DNA of 64,000 bases from Geosiphon pyriformis uo1 (Eukaryota; Fungi; Glomeromycota): contig JAAOMT010000703.1 in assembly GCA_016748015.1 (NCBI GenBank), positions 124,001 through 188,000 of the forward strand, read 5' to 3'. The notes below the pieces were generated by a model. The model was not told the DNA's origin, did not search any database, and saw nothing but the letters and a program-made list of their open reading frames with translations. Positions 27,151 through 40,000 of this stretch are shown piece after piece. The position numbers and the translations under genes are program-made. How positions within the stretch are numbered: the first letter of the stretch is position 1; every line of letters begins with the position of its first letter.

Positions 27151-30100
27151 ATATATAAGAAGAAGCACACTTCCATTACCCATCCAGTTTCCTTCAGTGG
27201 TAAAACATGGGCCCAGATCACTGGCAACTCTCCTTTTCATGTGGCTTCTTTGGTCGCTTCTGGTATTGGTTTAATTCCAGGTGTAAAACCTCTTTCAATG
27301 GCCTCTGGATCTCTTAATATCTCTGAGTTGGGTAATTTTTTGGCATTTTTGGAATGCTCTTTAGAGCTCTTAGCCAATTAGGTTTCCAGTATTTTGAAAA
27401 AACTGAGCTTTATTGAATTGGTGCCATTGGCGTCTCTTTCTTGTGTTTCTCCTTTGGCTGTTTCTGCACCTGCAGGTTTGGTTGAGGATTCAGATATGGC
27501 TCTGAATAGTGGATTGACTTTGTCTGTCCCCTCTTTTTCTGGTGCTGATGAATCTGCTGTTGTTCTTAGTTCTAGTAGCTCGAAGGTTCTTACCTCTAAA
27601 GTAGGTGGTTTGGAATCTAAGATGTCTGCTCTGGAGGCTTCTATCAGTTCAGTTCTGGTAAGATTGGATCTCTTGTGTTCTAATTTGGGTTCTTTTGTTC
27701 ATTTTCCATCCCAATGAGTGATTTGGTTTGGAAATTTGCTACGTGCAATATTCGAGATATCAATGTTCCTGCTAAGTAAGCAGACATTGTTCGTTGACAT
27801 GTAAGTTCTGGGAATATGGTTTTTTTTGTTACTGAAACAAAGTTGAGGTTCTCTGCTGGGCCATAGATCAAGGATAAGTTTGATGGAATTTGGATTTTTA
27901 CTTCTGGTTTGGATGTTGGTCATCTTGGTGCCAGTGTTGCTGTGATCATGAACAATTTTTTGGCTCACCATGTTTCTAAAGTTGATGAGATTCCTGGTTA
28001 GGTTGTCTCTGTGTAACTGTTGTTTAAAGGCAAGCTCTCAGTGACTGTGCTCAGTTTATATGCTGGTGCTTCTTCTGGTGTTTGTTTCGGTCAGGTGTCT
28101 GAGATTAATTTTATCATTGCCAAGACTGTTAATACCAGCATTTTTGTCATATTGGGTGGAGATTTCAATGAAAGCAGATCTGGGAGGAGTGCAAGTTACC
28201 AGTTTTGCTTGGGTCTGGATCTGGTCAATTCTTTTACTGGCCATCATTTGGCTGGAGTGCCTATGTAGTACAATTTAAGGGAAGTTGAAAAGACTATTGA
28301 TTACATTTTAGTTGGCAAAAATCTGTTTTCCACTGTTGCTAAGCATTGTATTGGGCCTGTTTCTGAATTTTTTGATATAGATCACAGTGCTGTTATGGTG
28401 TTAGTTGGTTTGGGTGGGCTCTTGGATATTCGGTTAAATAGTTTGCACAAGCAGACTAACAAAGATTGTTGGAAGTTCAGGATTAAGAATGCAGATGTTG
28501 CCAAATGGACTAAGTTTAAGGATTGTGTTTCAGTTAGACTTTAGTTGGTCAGAAACCTTTTCTCTGATCCCAAAGCTGGTGGTAATTTGAATACTATGTG
28601 GGCAATTTTAGAAAGAGAAATGGTTGATTCAGCTGATGAGATTTTTTTGAGACATTGGTTTAGTGAATTTTAGTGCTCTAGAAATAGGCATTCTTCAAAG
28701 TTCTTTGGGCTTGAATTGCTTATTGCCAAGATTGTTAGTAAGATTTGTTCTGGTGACATGCTTGAAGTTGATTGTCTTGTAAGAAAATGGTTCACTTTGG
28801 ACGAAGCCAAAGCTTGTGTTTTCTCTGACTTGGTCATCTTGGATGAAGATAGTGTGGTTTTTCTTAAACACTTGTCATTAGTTTGCAAAAAGTATAGGGT
28901 ATAGGAGATTAAAAATGTTTGAGTCAAGGTTGGCTGAAAAAGCGTTTATTCGGAATGCTATAAACTAGCACATAGAGAGTTTTGCTTCTAATAAAGATAG
29001 CATAATTAGAAGTGTTTTGGACTGGCCTTTTTGTAAGGTGGTCCTTGATCATTTGGTGGTTGATGGTGACTTGGTTTTGGAGCCCGAGGAGATAAAATCT
29101 AAGGTGGATGAAATTATGGTGGAGTGGACAAGAGTGTGTACTATACCTTCATTGTTGCTTGATTACTGGGTCCGCCAGTACATGTCATTAGATTATGTAA
29201 GGGACAAGGCTTTTTCTGGTGTTATGAAAGAGATTAGTATGGAGAAGTTGCTTTTGGTGGTAGGTGGTCTGCCTGATGGCAAAGCTGCTGGCCTGTCTGG
29301 TATTCCTAATGAACTATGGAAGCATGGTGGTGAGGTGGCTTTGAGTTGTCTGTTGACTTTGCTGAATGCTTGCTTGTCTGCTGACAAGGTGCCTGTTTCT
29401 TGGCAAAAGGCCTGGGTGTCAATGATTCCTAAGCCATATGATTGAAATGGTGTTCTTACAAACATGCATCCTATTGCTCTGATTGAAACTGCCAGGAAGA
29501 TTCTTTCTAAGGTTTTGTCTGATCAGATTTTATTTATGTGTAGTAAGTTTGGTGTTCTCTATGGTGACAATTTTTCGGTATTGAAGAACACGTCCACACA
29601 GTCTCCAGTGTTTGCTGTTGAGACAGTTGTGGAGGATGCTCTCAAAAAAAATAGAGAACTTTGGCTGGTCTTGTAGGACATGCAAAAAGCATATGATTCT
29701 GTTGGGTGGCATCATTTGAGGGTTAGCTTATAGAGAATTAAGATGTATGACAAGTTCATTGAATTTTTTGGTAATATACATAAGAGTAGGTTCAACAAAA
29801 TAATGACTGATTTTGGTTTCTCTGATGGATATCATGTTTGCGATGGTTTAGATTAAGATAAAGTCTTCTCACCACTTTTGTGAAGGATTTTTACTGATCT
29901 GCTTCTATGTAAGGTCAAGAGACATGAACAGTTCTTTGGATACTGGATATGTTTCAAGTTTGTTTTGAAATCAGATTGAATTGAGAGCAGTGGTGAATTG
30001 TCTTCTTATTTTGTGGCTGGTGCTTTTATTGATGATACAATTTGGGTTGAAAACTGTTAAGCTACTACTCAGAATATTTTGGACATTGCAAATGAGTTTT

Positions 30101-32505
30101 TTGTTGTTAATGACATTTCCATCAACAATGAGAAGACCGTGGTCATTCCAATCAATCTAGGTGTTAGAGTTGCTTCTTTGAGTATTAGTGGTCTGCCTAT
30201 TTTAATAGCCAAAAAGAGTGAAGCTTATCATTATCTGAGAATTTTTTTGTCTACTAAGGGACTTTCAAAGCCAAACATGACCAAGGCTCATTCTGATATT
30301 TGTTTCTTTGCTAATGTGGTTCTCAGGAAAGCTATTACTGATAAACAGTTTTTGTATTTGGTATCAGCCATCTTGCAGCCTATTGTCAGCTATTGCACTC
30401 AGTTCAGTTTTGTTTCGTCGAATATTTGCTGCAAATGGGATGTGATATTAAGGAAGTGGCTTAAGTCTAAGGCTGATTTATCTCGTGACTTCCCCAGTGA
30501 GTCTCTGTGTTATCCATCTTTATATGGTCTGAAGTCTTTTGAGCAGGTGCAATCCAAAGGGAAGTTGACTGCCTTGATTTTATTTTACAATTCTTCTGGA
30601 GTGCTTGGCCAATTGTTTGAGCACAGGTGTCTCAATTTGCAGGTTCTGAAGTGGTCTTCTTTGAATTCTTTGCAGTTTTCTGTTAAGTTGTGTGTTAGTC
30701 CTATGAACAATTTTTTGGCTGGTGTGGTTAAAATTTTTTTGTGCAATGATTTGTCTTTGTTGAACAGCTTGCCCAATGCATTTCGCAATCTTGGTAGTTT
30801 TTTTGTGTCTTCTATTCTGGGGAGTTCTCTGCACTTCAATTCTGTTCATTCATTGATGTGTTTTGGTGTGGCTTTTGGTGATAGGTTGTTTGATAGGAAG
30901 AGACATGTTATGAGTTGGGTGACTTTTAGATGCTGGAAGAGATTGGATCCAAGGAGTTTTGTTCCTTACTGGTTTAGGGTAGTGTCTGATTTTTTTTGTG
31001 GTGCTGATGTCTCATTGGCCAGTTCTGCAGGGTCTACTTGTATTTCTGGTTTAAATGTTTTGAATTCCAAGAAGTTTTCTGTGATTCTTGGTGGGTTGCA
31101 TGAGATCTGGTCTGACTCGTTTGAGGTTTTTATGAATGGCTCGTTAAAAAATTTTGGTCATGCTGATGTTGCTGGTGGTGCAGCTGCTTATTTTCCTGCT
31201 ATTAATTTGAGTATTGGTGTTAAAGTTCATGGTCTGCTGTCTTCTACTATGGCCGAACTGCAAATTATTGCTTTGTCTTTGGAGTGTGTTCTGTCTTCTT
31301 GTACAGTAGTCATGCATACTAACAGCCAGGCAGCTATTGATGTGTGTGTTTCTGAGATGTTGTTGTCTGCGCCTGATTTTTGCTCCTCTTGTTGGTTGAA
31401 AAGATGCCAGATTTTTAATTTGATTCATGAGAAGAATCTTTCTGTATGGTGGATTAAAGTTAAGGGACATTCTGGAATTCTTGGCAATGTTAAGACTAAT
31501 GCTGCTGCTGGTGATGCTGTTTTTTCTCATCTGTCTTTGCCTGTCAGTGTCTGGGAGCAATTTTTGGTAGCTGAGGGCACATCAGTGTCTGGCAATGCTC
31601 ATTATTTTGTTTGGGATTTGTATAGATCTGTTTGTCTTGCATGATGGAAAGTGAGACCTGGCCATGATGTGATTCCTGAGGTGCTAATTAAGGCTGTAAA
31701 TTGGAGTGCTACCACTAGAGTGTGGCATCCTGATTCGCATATGCTTGCTGGTTTTACTAGTCAAAGGTCTTCTTGTCTTTGCATGTACCTGATGAAAACT
31801 GTACATCAATGGCTTCCTATGGTGGTTAGAAAACAGTTATATGATAGATCTTACCCTAGTGTGCTTTGCTTACTGTGTTGTGAGGTGGAGTTATCAGATC
31901 ATGTTTTCATGTGTTCTCATGATGTGAAGATTTGTGGGGAAGTTTTGGCTGTGGCGTCTGCAAATTGGCTTTTCATGGTCGGTCCTTGTGGCTTGTTGTC
32001 TTCTGCTGTTTTGCGATCTCTTCATTGGTGGTCTGTGGATGTTGAATTGTATTTGGTCTTGTATAAGGGATTTGTGCTGAGGGAATGGTGTGCTGAAGCT
32101 GTGAGGATTTTTGATGGTAGAAAGGAGACTGTTGGTGCTGTGGTTGGCTTTGTTAAACATTTAGTTGAGCTGTATTGCTCTAAGGCCTGGTTGATGAGGT
32201 CAGCGTTTAGGGTGAGAATGAAGAAAGCTGGTTTGGTTGGGAATAACAGTTTGTTTTCAGGTTTGTCTTGCTGCTTGGGTTCTTTGTTGTCTGATAAGGT
32301 GGTAAGGATGCTCAGTATTGCTGGCTCTTTTGCTGTTAGTTTTGGCCGTTACTTGTCTTGTCTCTTTTTCTCTGGTTTGGATGGTAGTCTATGTGTTAGT
32401 ATTAGTGTGTAATGTTGCCTTGTCTGGCCTGAGTGGCTAGTTACATATAGAAAATGTGTGAGCTGCGTTTAGTTTGAGTCTCTTAGTTTGGTTCTATGTA
32501 CTATA
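27151..32505 (+). mobile_element. LINE copy 6, 5'-truncated within ORF1; among the least decayed LINE copies
   Basis: Begins IYKKKHTSITHPVSFSGKTWAQI (homologous to copy 2 IYKKKSAPVSHPALFGGRTW). ORF1 ends at 27717. 3' UTR motif at 32420-32490. Confidence 0.92.
27714..32412 (+). pseudogene. LINE ORF2 (APE-RT-RNase H-Zn finger) with in-frame stops
   Basis: MSDLVWKFATCNIR start; LGGDFNE; LPDGKAAGLSG; HPIALIETARKILSKV; DMQKAYDSVGW; AGAFIDDTIW; WIKVKGHSG; CLLC..ELSDHVFMC. Confidence 0.93.
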
Positions 32506-32959
32506 GTGTAAACCATTTATAATTATCAAAAATATAGATCAGTCTAAAATTTTAAATGATGATCTTCACATGTTATTATTTATATAATTAAATTTTATTG
32601 GTTAATATACATGTGTTTTTAATATATTATTTATAAGTAAGAAGTTTATTAGGCTTTTACAAAAAAATCTGGGTTTTATCTACTTGAACTAATACGTTTC
32701 ATACATTTTTTGCATCAAAACAAACTCATTAAAAAATGTACAACACTAACAAAAAAGAGCTATTTAAGGTTATGGGCTTTAAGACAACTTCAGTTTTCTC
32801 AATTAAGGTAAAGCCAAAAATCTTTCAATTCCAATCTGATTTCCCTAAATTAACACCAACTAATGTAAGTTTTTTGATTATTGTGATAAGCTATTATATA
32901 TCACATTCTAATAAATTGTTGAAATATTCAACAATCAAAATTCCTTTTACAACCTAGGA

Positions 32960-33328
32960 AACCAATTTTAAAACTAGTGTTTTTTAAATTTGATAAAGTT
33001 ATTTTAATTAAGATACAATTGATTGGTCTTTGACAAAAGGCCTTGGTTGTGTTTAAGTTAGCAGATGTTGCCAAATTGGTTGCTTTTAAATGATCAGTTC
33101 TTATGAGTAAAAACTCTATACATATGGCTTTGGCAGTTACTAATAAACAATTATAGATATCTAAGAATCTTTATTGGATACTGTTATACATTTTGCCAGT
33201 TAATATTACTGCTTATAATCTCTCTAATTTGCCAAAATTATATGATAAAAAAACCTGTTTTATTGGCTGTAATTTGAGTTTATATATACATAATAAGTAT
33301 GTTATGATTTGTTTTGCTAATAAAATAT
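32960..33328 (+). pseudogene. LINE ORF1 fragment (RRM-like region), target of Gypsy element A2
   Basis: Translates FKFDKVILIKIQLIGL*QKALVVF...LLYILPVNITAYNLS...KTCFIG. Confidence 0.8.
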
Positions 33329-34100
33329 TGTTACTCATACAAAAAAAAAGCTGAAAAAACAGATAAGAAAATAGACCAATAAAGAAATAATACTTAATAT
33401 ATAAGCACAATATCAAAAAACTATAATATATTGCTCAACAATATATATATTGCTAGTAAATTATGGCACACTATTCAGCAGTATAAGCAATGTTAATAAA
33501 TTAAGGCATACTGCTTAGCAATATAAGCAATATCAGTAAATTAGAATATATTGTTCAAAAAAATATGAGATCTTATAAAACAAAAAATATGTATATATAA
33601 TAAGAGTATTAGAAACAGAAAAGACAGATTTCATTCAAGAATCTAATTCAGAATCAATACTCACAACTCATTAATTATTTTATACTCTTTCTTTCAAAAA
33701 GTAGTTTTCTATAACTTAAAGTAAAATCAAATCACATATTAATAAAATATTAATTACCACTTGAATCCATATTATTATTACTTAATTAAAAAAATATTAA
33801 ACACTTTTATTTTATTAATACTACATGTTAATAGAATTTAATATTTGATTACACTAAACCAATAGTTCTTAATTATAACTATTAATGGAATACTAATTTC
33901 TTAATTTTTTTTTTATTTTTTTTTATTTTTTTATTTTTTTTTTGTTTGTTTTGTTAATTTATTAACTGATTAACAGAATTAAGCATTGAGTATTTTGATA
34001 TTAAAAATAACCTAGTAAAAGACCCAAAAATAAGAGTATAGAACTCGAAAATTAAGGATAGCTTACTAGAAAGACATAACTGTCAGAATAAACTGGCTAC

Positions 34101-34924
34101 TATTACAGATGATTATTTGGGGTCTCAAATTAAATAACAAATTTGTAACTTGGTGCTTGGTTGGTATTCTGGTAGATATCTGAAGATTTGTTGTAGAGTT
34201 TTTTGTATAATAGATAGAGATTTGATGATGATATGATTGGTGAGTTGTTTTTCCAATTTCTGTCTTCAGCATGGTGGCTGGTTTAATCTGGCAGTCATGC
34301 CTTTCTGGTAAGCTATCTATTAATATATATATTCTTACTTTTATCTCTGGGTCTTTTACCAAGCTATCTGTGATGTCAATAATTTAGTGCTTTAATTCTT
34401 AATTAATTAGTACACAACAATAAGATCAAAACAAGAAAGAAAATAAAGACAATAAAAAAAAAGATAAAGAAATAAATGAAAACAATTGCAAGTTAGTATT
34501 CCATTAATAGCCATGATTAAGAGCTATTGTTTCAGTGTTTTTAAGTATTAATCATTATTAACATGAAGTGTTAATAGTGGAGAGTGAATTGAAATAGTGA
34601 ATAATTATTTATTTAATATTTATGAATGAAAGATTGCTTAGATCAAATCTAAACTGGGAGGTTTTTTAACTAAAAGATTCTGTTTTTTCTACTTTTAGCA
34701 CTACTGCTATATATACATAATTGAGATTTCTTAATTCCTCAATTTTTTACACCAGGAATTCTAGAATTCCTGAATCCTGCAATTCTTTTGAGAGGAATTC
34801 TGGAATTCTAGAATTCTGGAATTCTGCAATTCCTTTAAGAGGAATCCTGAAATTCCACATTTATTGTGTTTACTTCTGATTGGCTAATTTATGCTAGTAT
34901 CCTTTTTATATTCTATGAGTAACA
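34101..34924 (-). repeat. 3' LTR of A1
   Basis: TATTACAGAT...GAGTAACA; direct repeat of 44187-45044. Confidence 0.92.
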
Positions 34925-34938
34925 TTATTTTCTTCTTT

Positions 34939-35577
34939 TTAATATTGAGCTCCGTTGAAATCTCCTAAATCTTCTAGCTCTAATTCTCCATTCTTGAGTA
35001 GTTCTTGAACTTCTTTTCCGAGAATTATTTGTGTTATCTTGTTTTGTAATTCTTCAAATTGGGCATTGATTAATTTTCTCATTTGGTTGACAGTAACAGT
35101 GTCTATTTCAGTGTTGAGCAAAATTTCTGGCTGATCTTGAAATCCAGTATGTAGCCAATAAATGGCTTTTGCTTGTGTGATTAAATTGTTTTTTTTCACA
35201 AATTGTTCTAGTTGTTGTAGTATTGTTGTGTCAAATAATTGTTTTGTCTTATTTGTGTATAGATTTTGAATGTTCATGTGTTGTTCCAAATAAAAGTAAC
35301 AAAAGTTTTTTGGAAATTGTTGTATTCACCAATTCTATGTTTCTATATTTAACTCTTGATATTGGATGACTTTGGATTGTGTTTTTATCACCAGTTTCAC
35401 TTTTACTATTATTTTGTCAACAGTGTTTTCTGTTTTCCTCCATACTTTATTCCATGGTCTTTTTTTAGTGTTTGTATATTTGATGGTTTGTTGATTGATT
35501 GTGATTTCTATTTCTTATTATTGAATCAATTGAAAAAGTTGTTGTGCTAGTAAGTAAATATTATTGGTAATTTCTAT
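34939..35577 (-). pseudogene. Extra ORF (ORF3, ~213 codons, unknown function) between integrase and PPT of A1
   Basis: One frame from (I/M)EITNNIYLLAQQLFQLIQ to AQFEELQNKITQIIL...DFNGAQY*. Frame and residues are conserved in A3 (61236-61859). Confidence 0.7.
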
Positions 35578-35639
35578 TTTTCTGGAGTCTTCTGTCACAT
35601 CTATTATGTCTTTATATATTTTTTTTATTGTTCAATTTT

Positions 35640-37013
35640 ACATGTTTGGTCTAATGATGATAATTGGTTTCAGATCTTATGGAATCTCATCTGGTTGTAT
35701 TAATATTCTCTGTACTCCTAATTGTGGAATATTACTGGTGAATGTTGATGCTATCTGATAATATGGTTTCAGTCAATCACCATATCCTGCTTTGGCTAAG
35801 ATTTTGTTGTCCCATCTTAATTTATAAGTTCTATTTCTAAGAATTTCTTCTATGTAAAATAGTCTGTCCTATTTGGGGTCAAATTTTCAACTTCATTGTT
35901 TTTCTGCTTTAATATGATGTAAAAGTACTTTGTCTTTAATCTTGAATTCAATTGGTTTATCTGATAATTGGTTATTGTGTCTTTTTTTTGTTTTTTTTGT
36001 AACTTTTGGATGTTATTAGCTGCTTTTTGTCGTTTGTTTTCCAATGTTTCTATTAAGTTATATGTTTTTCTTAACAATATTCTTTGGAAATTCTCTTCTG
36101 TTATTGGTTCTGTTAGATATGTTTTGACTTCTATCTCAACTGGTAATGTTGCTGTTCTACTATATACTAATTCAAATGGTGTTGCTTCTGTAGTGTCTTG
36201 CTTTATTGTTTGATATGCAAATAGTATTGATGATATAATTAAATCCCATTCATCCTGGTTTTCTTGGCTGATTTTGGCTATTGCTTCACACAGTGTTTTG
36301 TTGAACTTTTCAACTAACCCATTTGTTTGTAGATGGTATGGTGATAATAGTGGTCTTTTTATTCCAAATCTTTGGCTTAATTCTGCTAATGTTTTATTTA
36401 CAAAGTAAGTTCCTTGATCAAATAATAATTCTTTTAAACATCCATGTTGACAGATCAGATTTTGATGAACAAATTTGGCAATGGATTCTGCATCTACTCT
36501 TTAAATGGTTTTTGCTTCTAGCCATTTCGTAAGATAATCCATAGCTACTGCAATATATCTGTTGTCTCTACTGGTGATTGTTAATGGTCCAACTAAGTCA
36601 ATCCCAATACAATTGAATGGTTGTTCTACTTTGATTGGTCTTAATGGTTCACTGGGTCTTGTTTCTTCTCTTTTTTGACAAGCATCACAATTTTGAACAT
36701 ATTGAATGATGTCTGGATATATTGATGGCCAATAATATCTTTTTTTGGTTCTTTTCATGGTTGTTTCTTTATAAAAATATCCTGTTGTTAGATCTGAATA
36801 TATGTTAAATAATATTGTTTTTTTCTCTGGTTCTGTGATTACTCTGATTGGTTGATCTGAATTTCTTTTGTTTTTCCAGTAAAGTATATTTTGATGGTTA
36901 ATAAAATATTTTAATTGTTGTTTTATGTTTTTTTGTTCTTTTTGAGATAATTTCTCCTTGAACAATTGGGTATTTATATAATGTTATAGTTGTTAGTATT
37001 TTTGTATATTCAT
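35640..37013 (-). pseudogene. Integrase of A1 (HHCC remnant, DDE core, GPY/F region; no chromodomain seen)
   Basis: RYYWPSIYPDIIQYVQNCDACQ; PFNCIGIDLVGPL; AMDYLTKW; LFDQGTYF; YHLQTNGLVEKFN. Confidence 0.88.
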
Positions 37014-37043
37014 CTTTTGTTATATTTTTGGGTTAAAATGTTT

Positions 37044-40000
37044 TTAGATTTGTCTCATTCACAACAAACCATCAGCATTTCCATTTTTTTTTCCCTTTTT
37101 GTAATGTACTGTATAATTAAATAGTGAAAGTTCTATTTTCTATTTAGCATGGCAATTGTCTCTAAATTTTTACTTCTGGATTGAAGTCAATTCTTTGTGA
37201 TCTGTATATATTTCAAACTTTTGACTCAAGTATTTTTTCTATTTCATGACTGCCCAATAAATTGCTAAGTGTTCTAATGCTGATGTTCCATAGTTTTTTT
37301 CAGCTGAACTCAAGCTTTGGCTGGCATATGCTACTGAATGTTCTCTTTTATCTGGTTTTTTTTGTGATAGTACTGCTCTCAATGCTTGGCCTAATGCATT
37401 AGTAGTGATGATGAATAGTTTGCTGTGATCTGGATACATCAATACTGGAGCTTGAATAAGCTTTCTTCTTAATATGTCAAAAGCTTCTTGTTGGTTTTCT
37501 GTCTATTCATACTTCACATTCTTTGTTTGAAGTTGGTGTAGTGGTTGAGCTATTTTGGAAAAATTCTTGATAAAGCAGCAGTAATATCTAGCAAATTTCA
37601 AGAATGCTCTTAATTCTGTGAGATTATTTGGTACTAGAAAGTTTTTGACAATTTCAATTTTGTCTGAATCCATTTTGATTCCATTTTTGCTCACAACATG
37701 TCTCAAAAACTTGAGTTCAGTTTTTTCAAAAAAGCATTTGTTGGCATTCAGTTTCAATTCTGCTTATCTGAGTCTTTTAAATACTTGTTGTATATAATGA
37801 AAATGATCATTGAATGTTCTTGAAAACATGTTGGTATTATTTAAGTATGACTATTAGCTTTCATAGTAGTCCAGTGTACACAATTTCCATTAGCCATTGG
37901 AATATGGCTGGTGCATTCATCAATTTGAATGACATAACTTCAAATTCAAAATTTTTTTCTCTTGTGATAAACACTGTTTTTTTTTTGTTGGCTGAATTCA
38001 TGATTATTTGCCAGTAACCACTATCTAAATCCAGTGTTAAGAACTATTTATTTCCTCTAAAAGCATTGAATAGTTCTTGAATCTTTGGAGTTAAATAGCT
38101 ATTATCTTTGGTTATTCCATTTAGTTTTTGATAATCCACACAGAAACAGATCTTTCCATTCTTTTTCCAGACTAATACCACTGGTGATAACCATGGACTC
38201 ATTGATGGCTAAATTAGCCCATTGTCAAGCATTCAATTGATTTCTTAATGGATGATCTTATGGCTAGCTGGTGGTACTTTATATGCTCTTTGTTTTATTG
38301 GCATTGTATCTCCAGTCTTGATCTGGTGCTAGATTATGTTAGTTCTGCCAAATTCATTTTTACTGGCAAAGATGTCATTGAAATTGTTGAGTAACATCTT
38401 GAGTTGCATCCATTGAAGTAAGTTTAAGTTTCTCAAATTCATCTGTTTCAATTGTTTCAGTTGGAGCAGATAACATTTGCTTTGTTCATTAATGATTTGT
38501 AATGTGATATTCACATATCCACAAAGCTGTGAAAAATCTGAAATGTAGTTTAGTGGTTGATCCTCAACTTCAGTAGTTAAGTATTTGATGATAGTTCCTT
38601 TTGGTATCTCAATAACATTTCTGGTTGTGTTGTAGATGAGAATTTTGATGTTTTTAGGGCTTTTGGCTAATATGTAAAGATTAGTAAGTCCAATCTCTTC
38701 TGATTCACAAATGGTGGCTTCTGCTTCAAACAACTGGGCTTGATTCTTCACTTTTCTTTTTATAGCTAACATATACTGGTTATATGGTGGAATGGAAATT
38801 GGTTGATGGGTGGAGATAATTTTTCCCTTGTTAACAATTTCTTCCTCTGCCATATTAACTGGTATGTCTATTCTACCTGTTGATCTGAATCTCTGTATCT
38901 CTTTAGCTGTAATCCCTAATTCTTCTCTGTTTCCCACTGATATTAATTGAGCTACTTTTACCAGAGGTAAGAATATTGTCTGAGCTATTTTGTTATTTGG
39001 GTCTATGGTATATGCTTTTTTTGAGTTATTTTGTAGCATTATAATGATATTTTCTATGTATTCTACATCAATTATTTCTTCTCTAATGTTGATTCCCTTT
39101 TTAGCTAAGCTACTTCTAGATGCTAATTGTATCATTGTTGTTGCTAGAATTTCTAATGCTATTTTGAGATCAATACAGATGCACAAATGAGGTTCCAATT
39201 TGATGAGATCTTTTCTCAAATATTACAGATCAAACTCTGTATCTGTATCATGTGCACATTCTGGCATGATGTCTTTATTGTTGTTGCTATACTATCTGAG
39301 TTTCTGTTCCTTGAAAAAGTTAGGAAGCATGATGTATGTTTCAGGGTTTAAATCAGAATCTGAATTGCCATTATTTTTCTTGTTCAATTGAGTGGAACTG
39401 AAACTGTTGTTTTTATCATCATCATTGTCAGAGTTTAAATTGGGATTGAAAGTTGATCCTGATTCCAATGCACAGCTGTTGATTGGTTCCTCCTCTTTTG
39501 GGATTGTATAGATTATGCGGATTGGTGGATTGTAAATAAGATTACATTCATTACAATTTTGAAAGTCATAGAGAATTAAACAATATTGACATAATCGAGT
39601 ATTCAACTGCTCTAAACACTGCTTTTGTTCTTCCCTAGTGGGTGCTAAATGCTGGTAATGTTTATGAAATTCTTCTAGGTCATCTTCAATGTTGCCAAAG
39701 ATGTCAAAGGTTTGGACATATTCGGGTTCAGAAAGAAATAGAGGATTGTTTTTGATTTCCAGTAGTTTGTTGGTTGTTATGCCTTCTGCTTTTACACTCA
39801 CCATTCTCCATAATTTGTGTTTGTTGTGGGAGTATCTTTTCAATTGTCACAATGCTCATTTCCAGACATCATCAATTGATGTGCCCTTGCATATCTAGTC
39901 ATTGATTAGAATTGTATACTAACACATTTCATCACATGTTTCTCCTTATCCAGGAATGTTTTTCTATATTCTTTTATCTAGAAGAGTTTTTCTACAAGCC

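Noticed and set aside
32420-32495. tRNA gene
   Set aside because: A/B-box-like words are present, but no acceptor stem or T-stem can be formed; kept only as a LINE 3' UTR motif
32510-32960. Possible host gene or DNA transposon relic (73-aa ORF, GTAAGT motifs)
   Set aside because: No recognisable motif on either strand; it would need BLASTx to say anything
34939-35577. Calling ORF3 an envelope gene
   Set aside because: No signal peptide, furin site, fusion peptide or transmembrane anchor is visible
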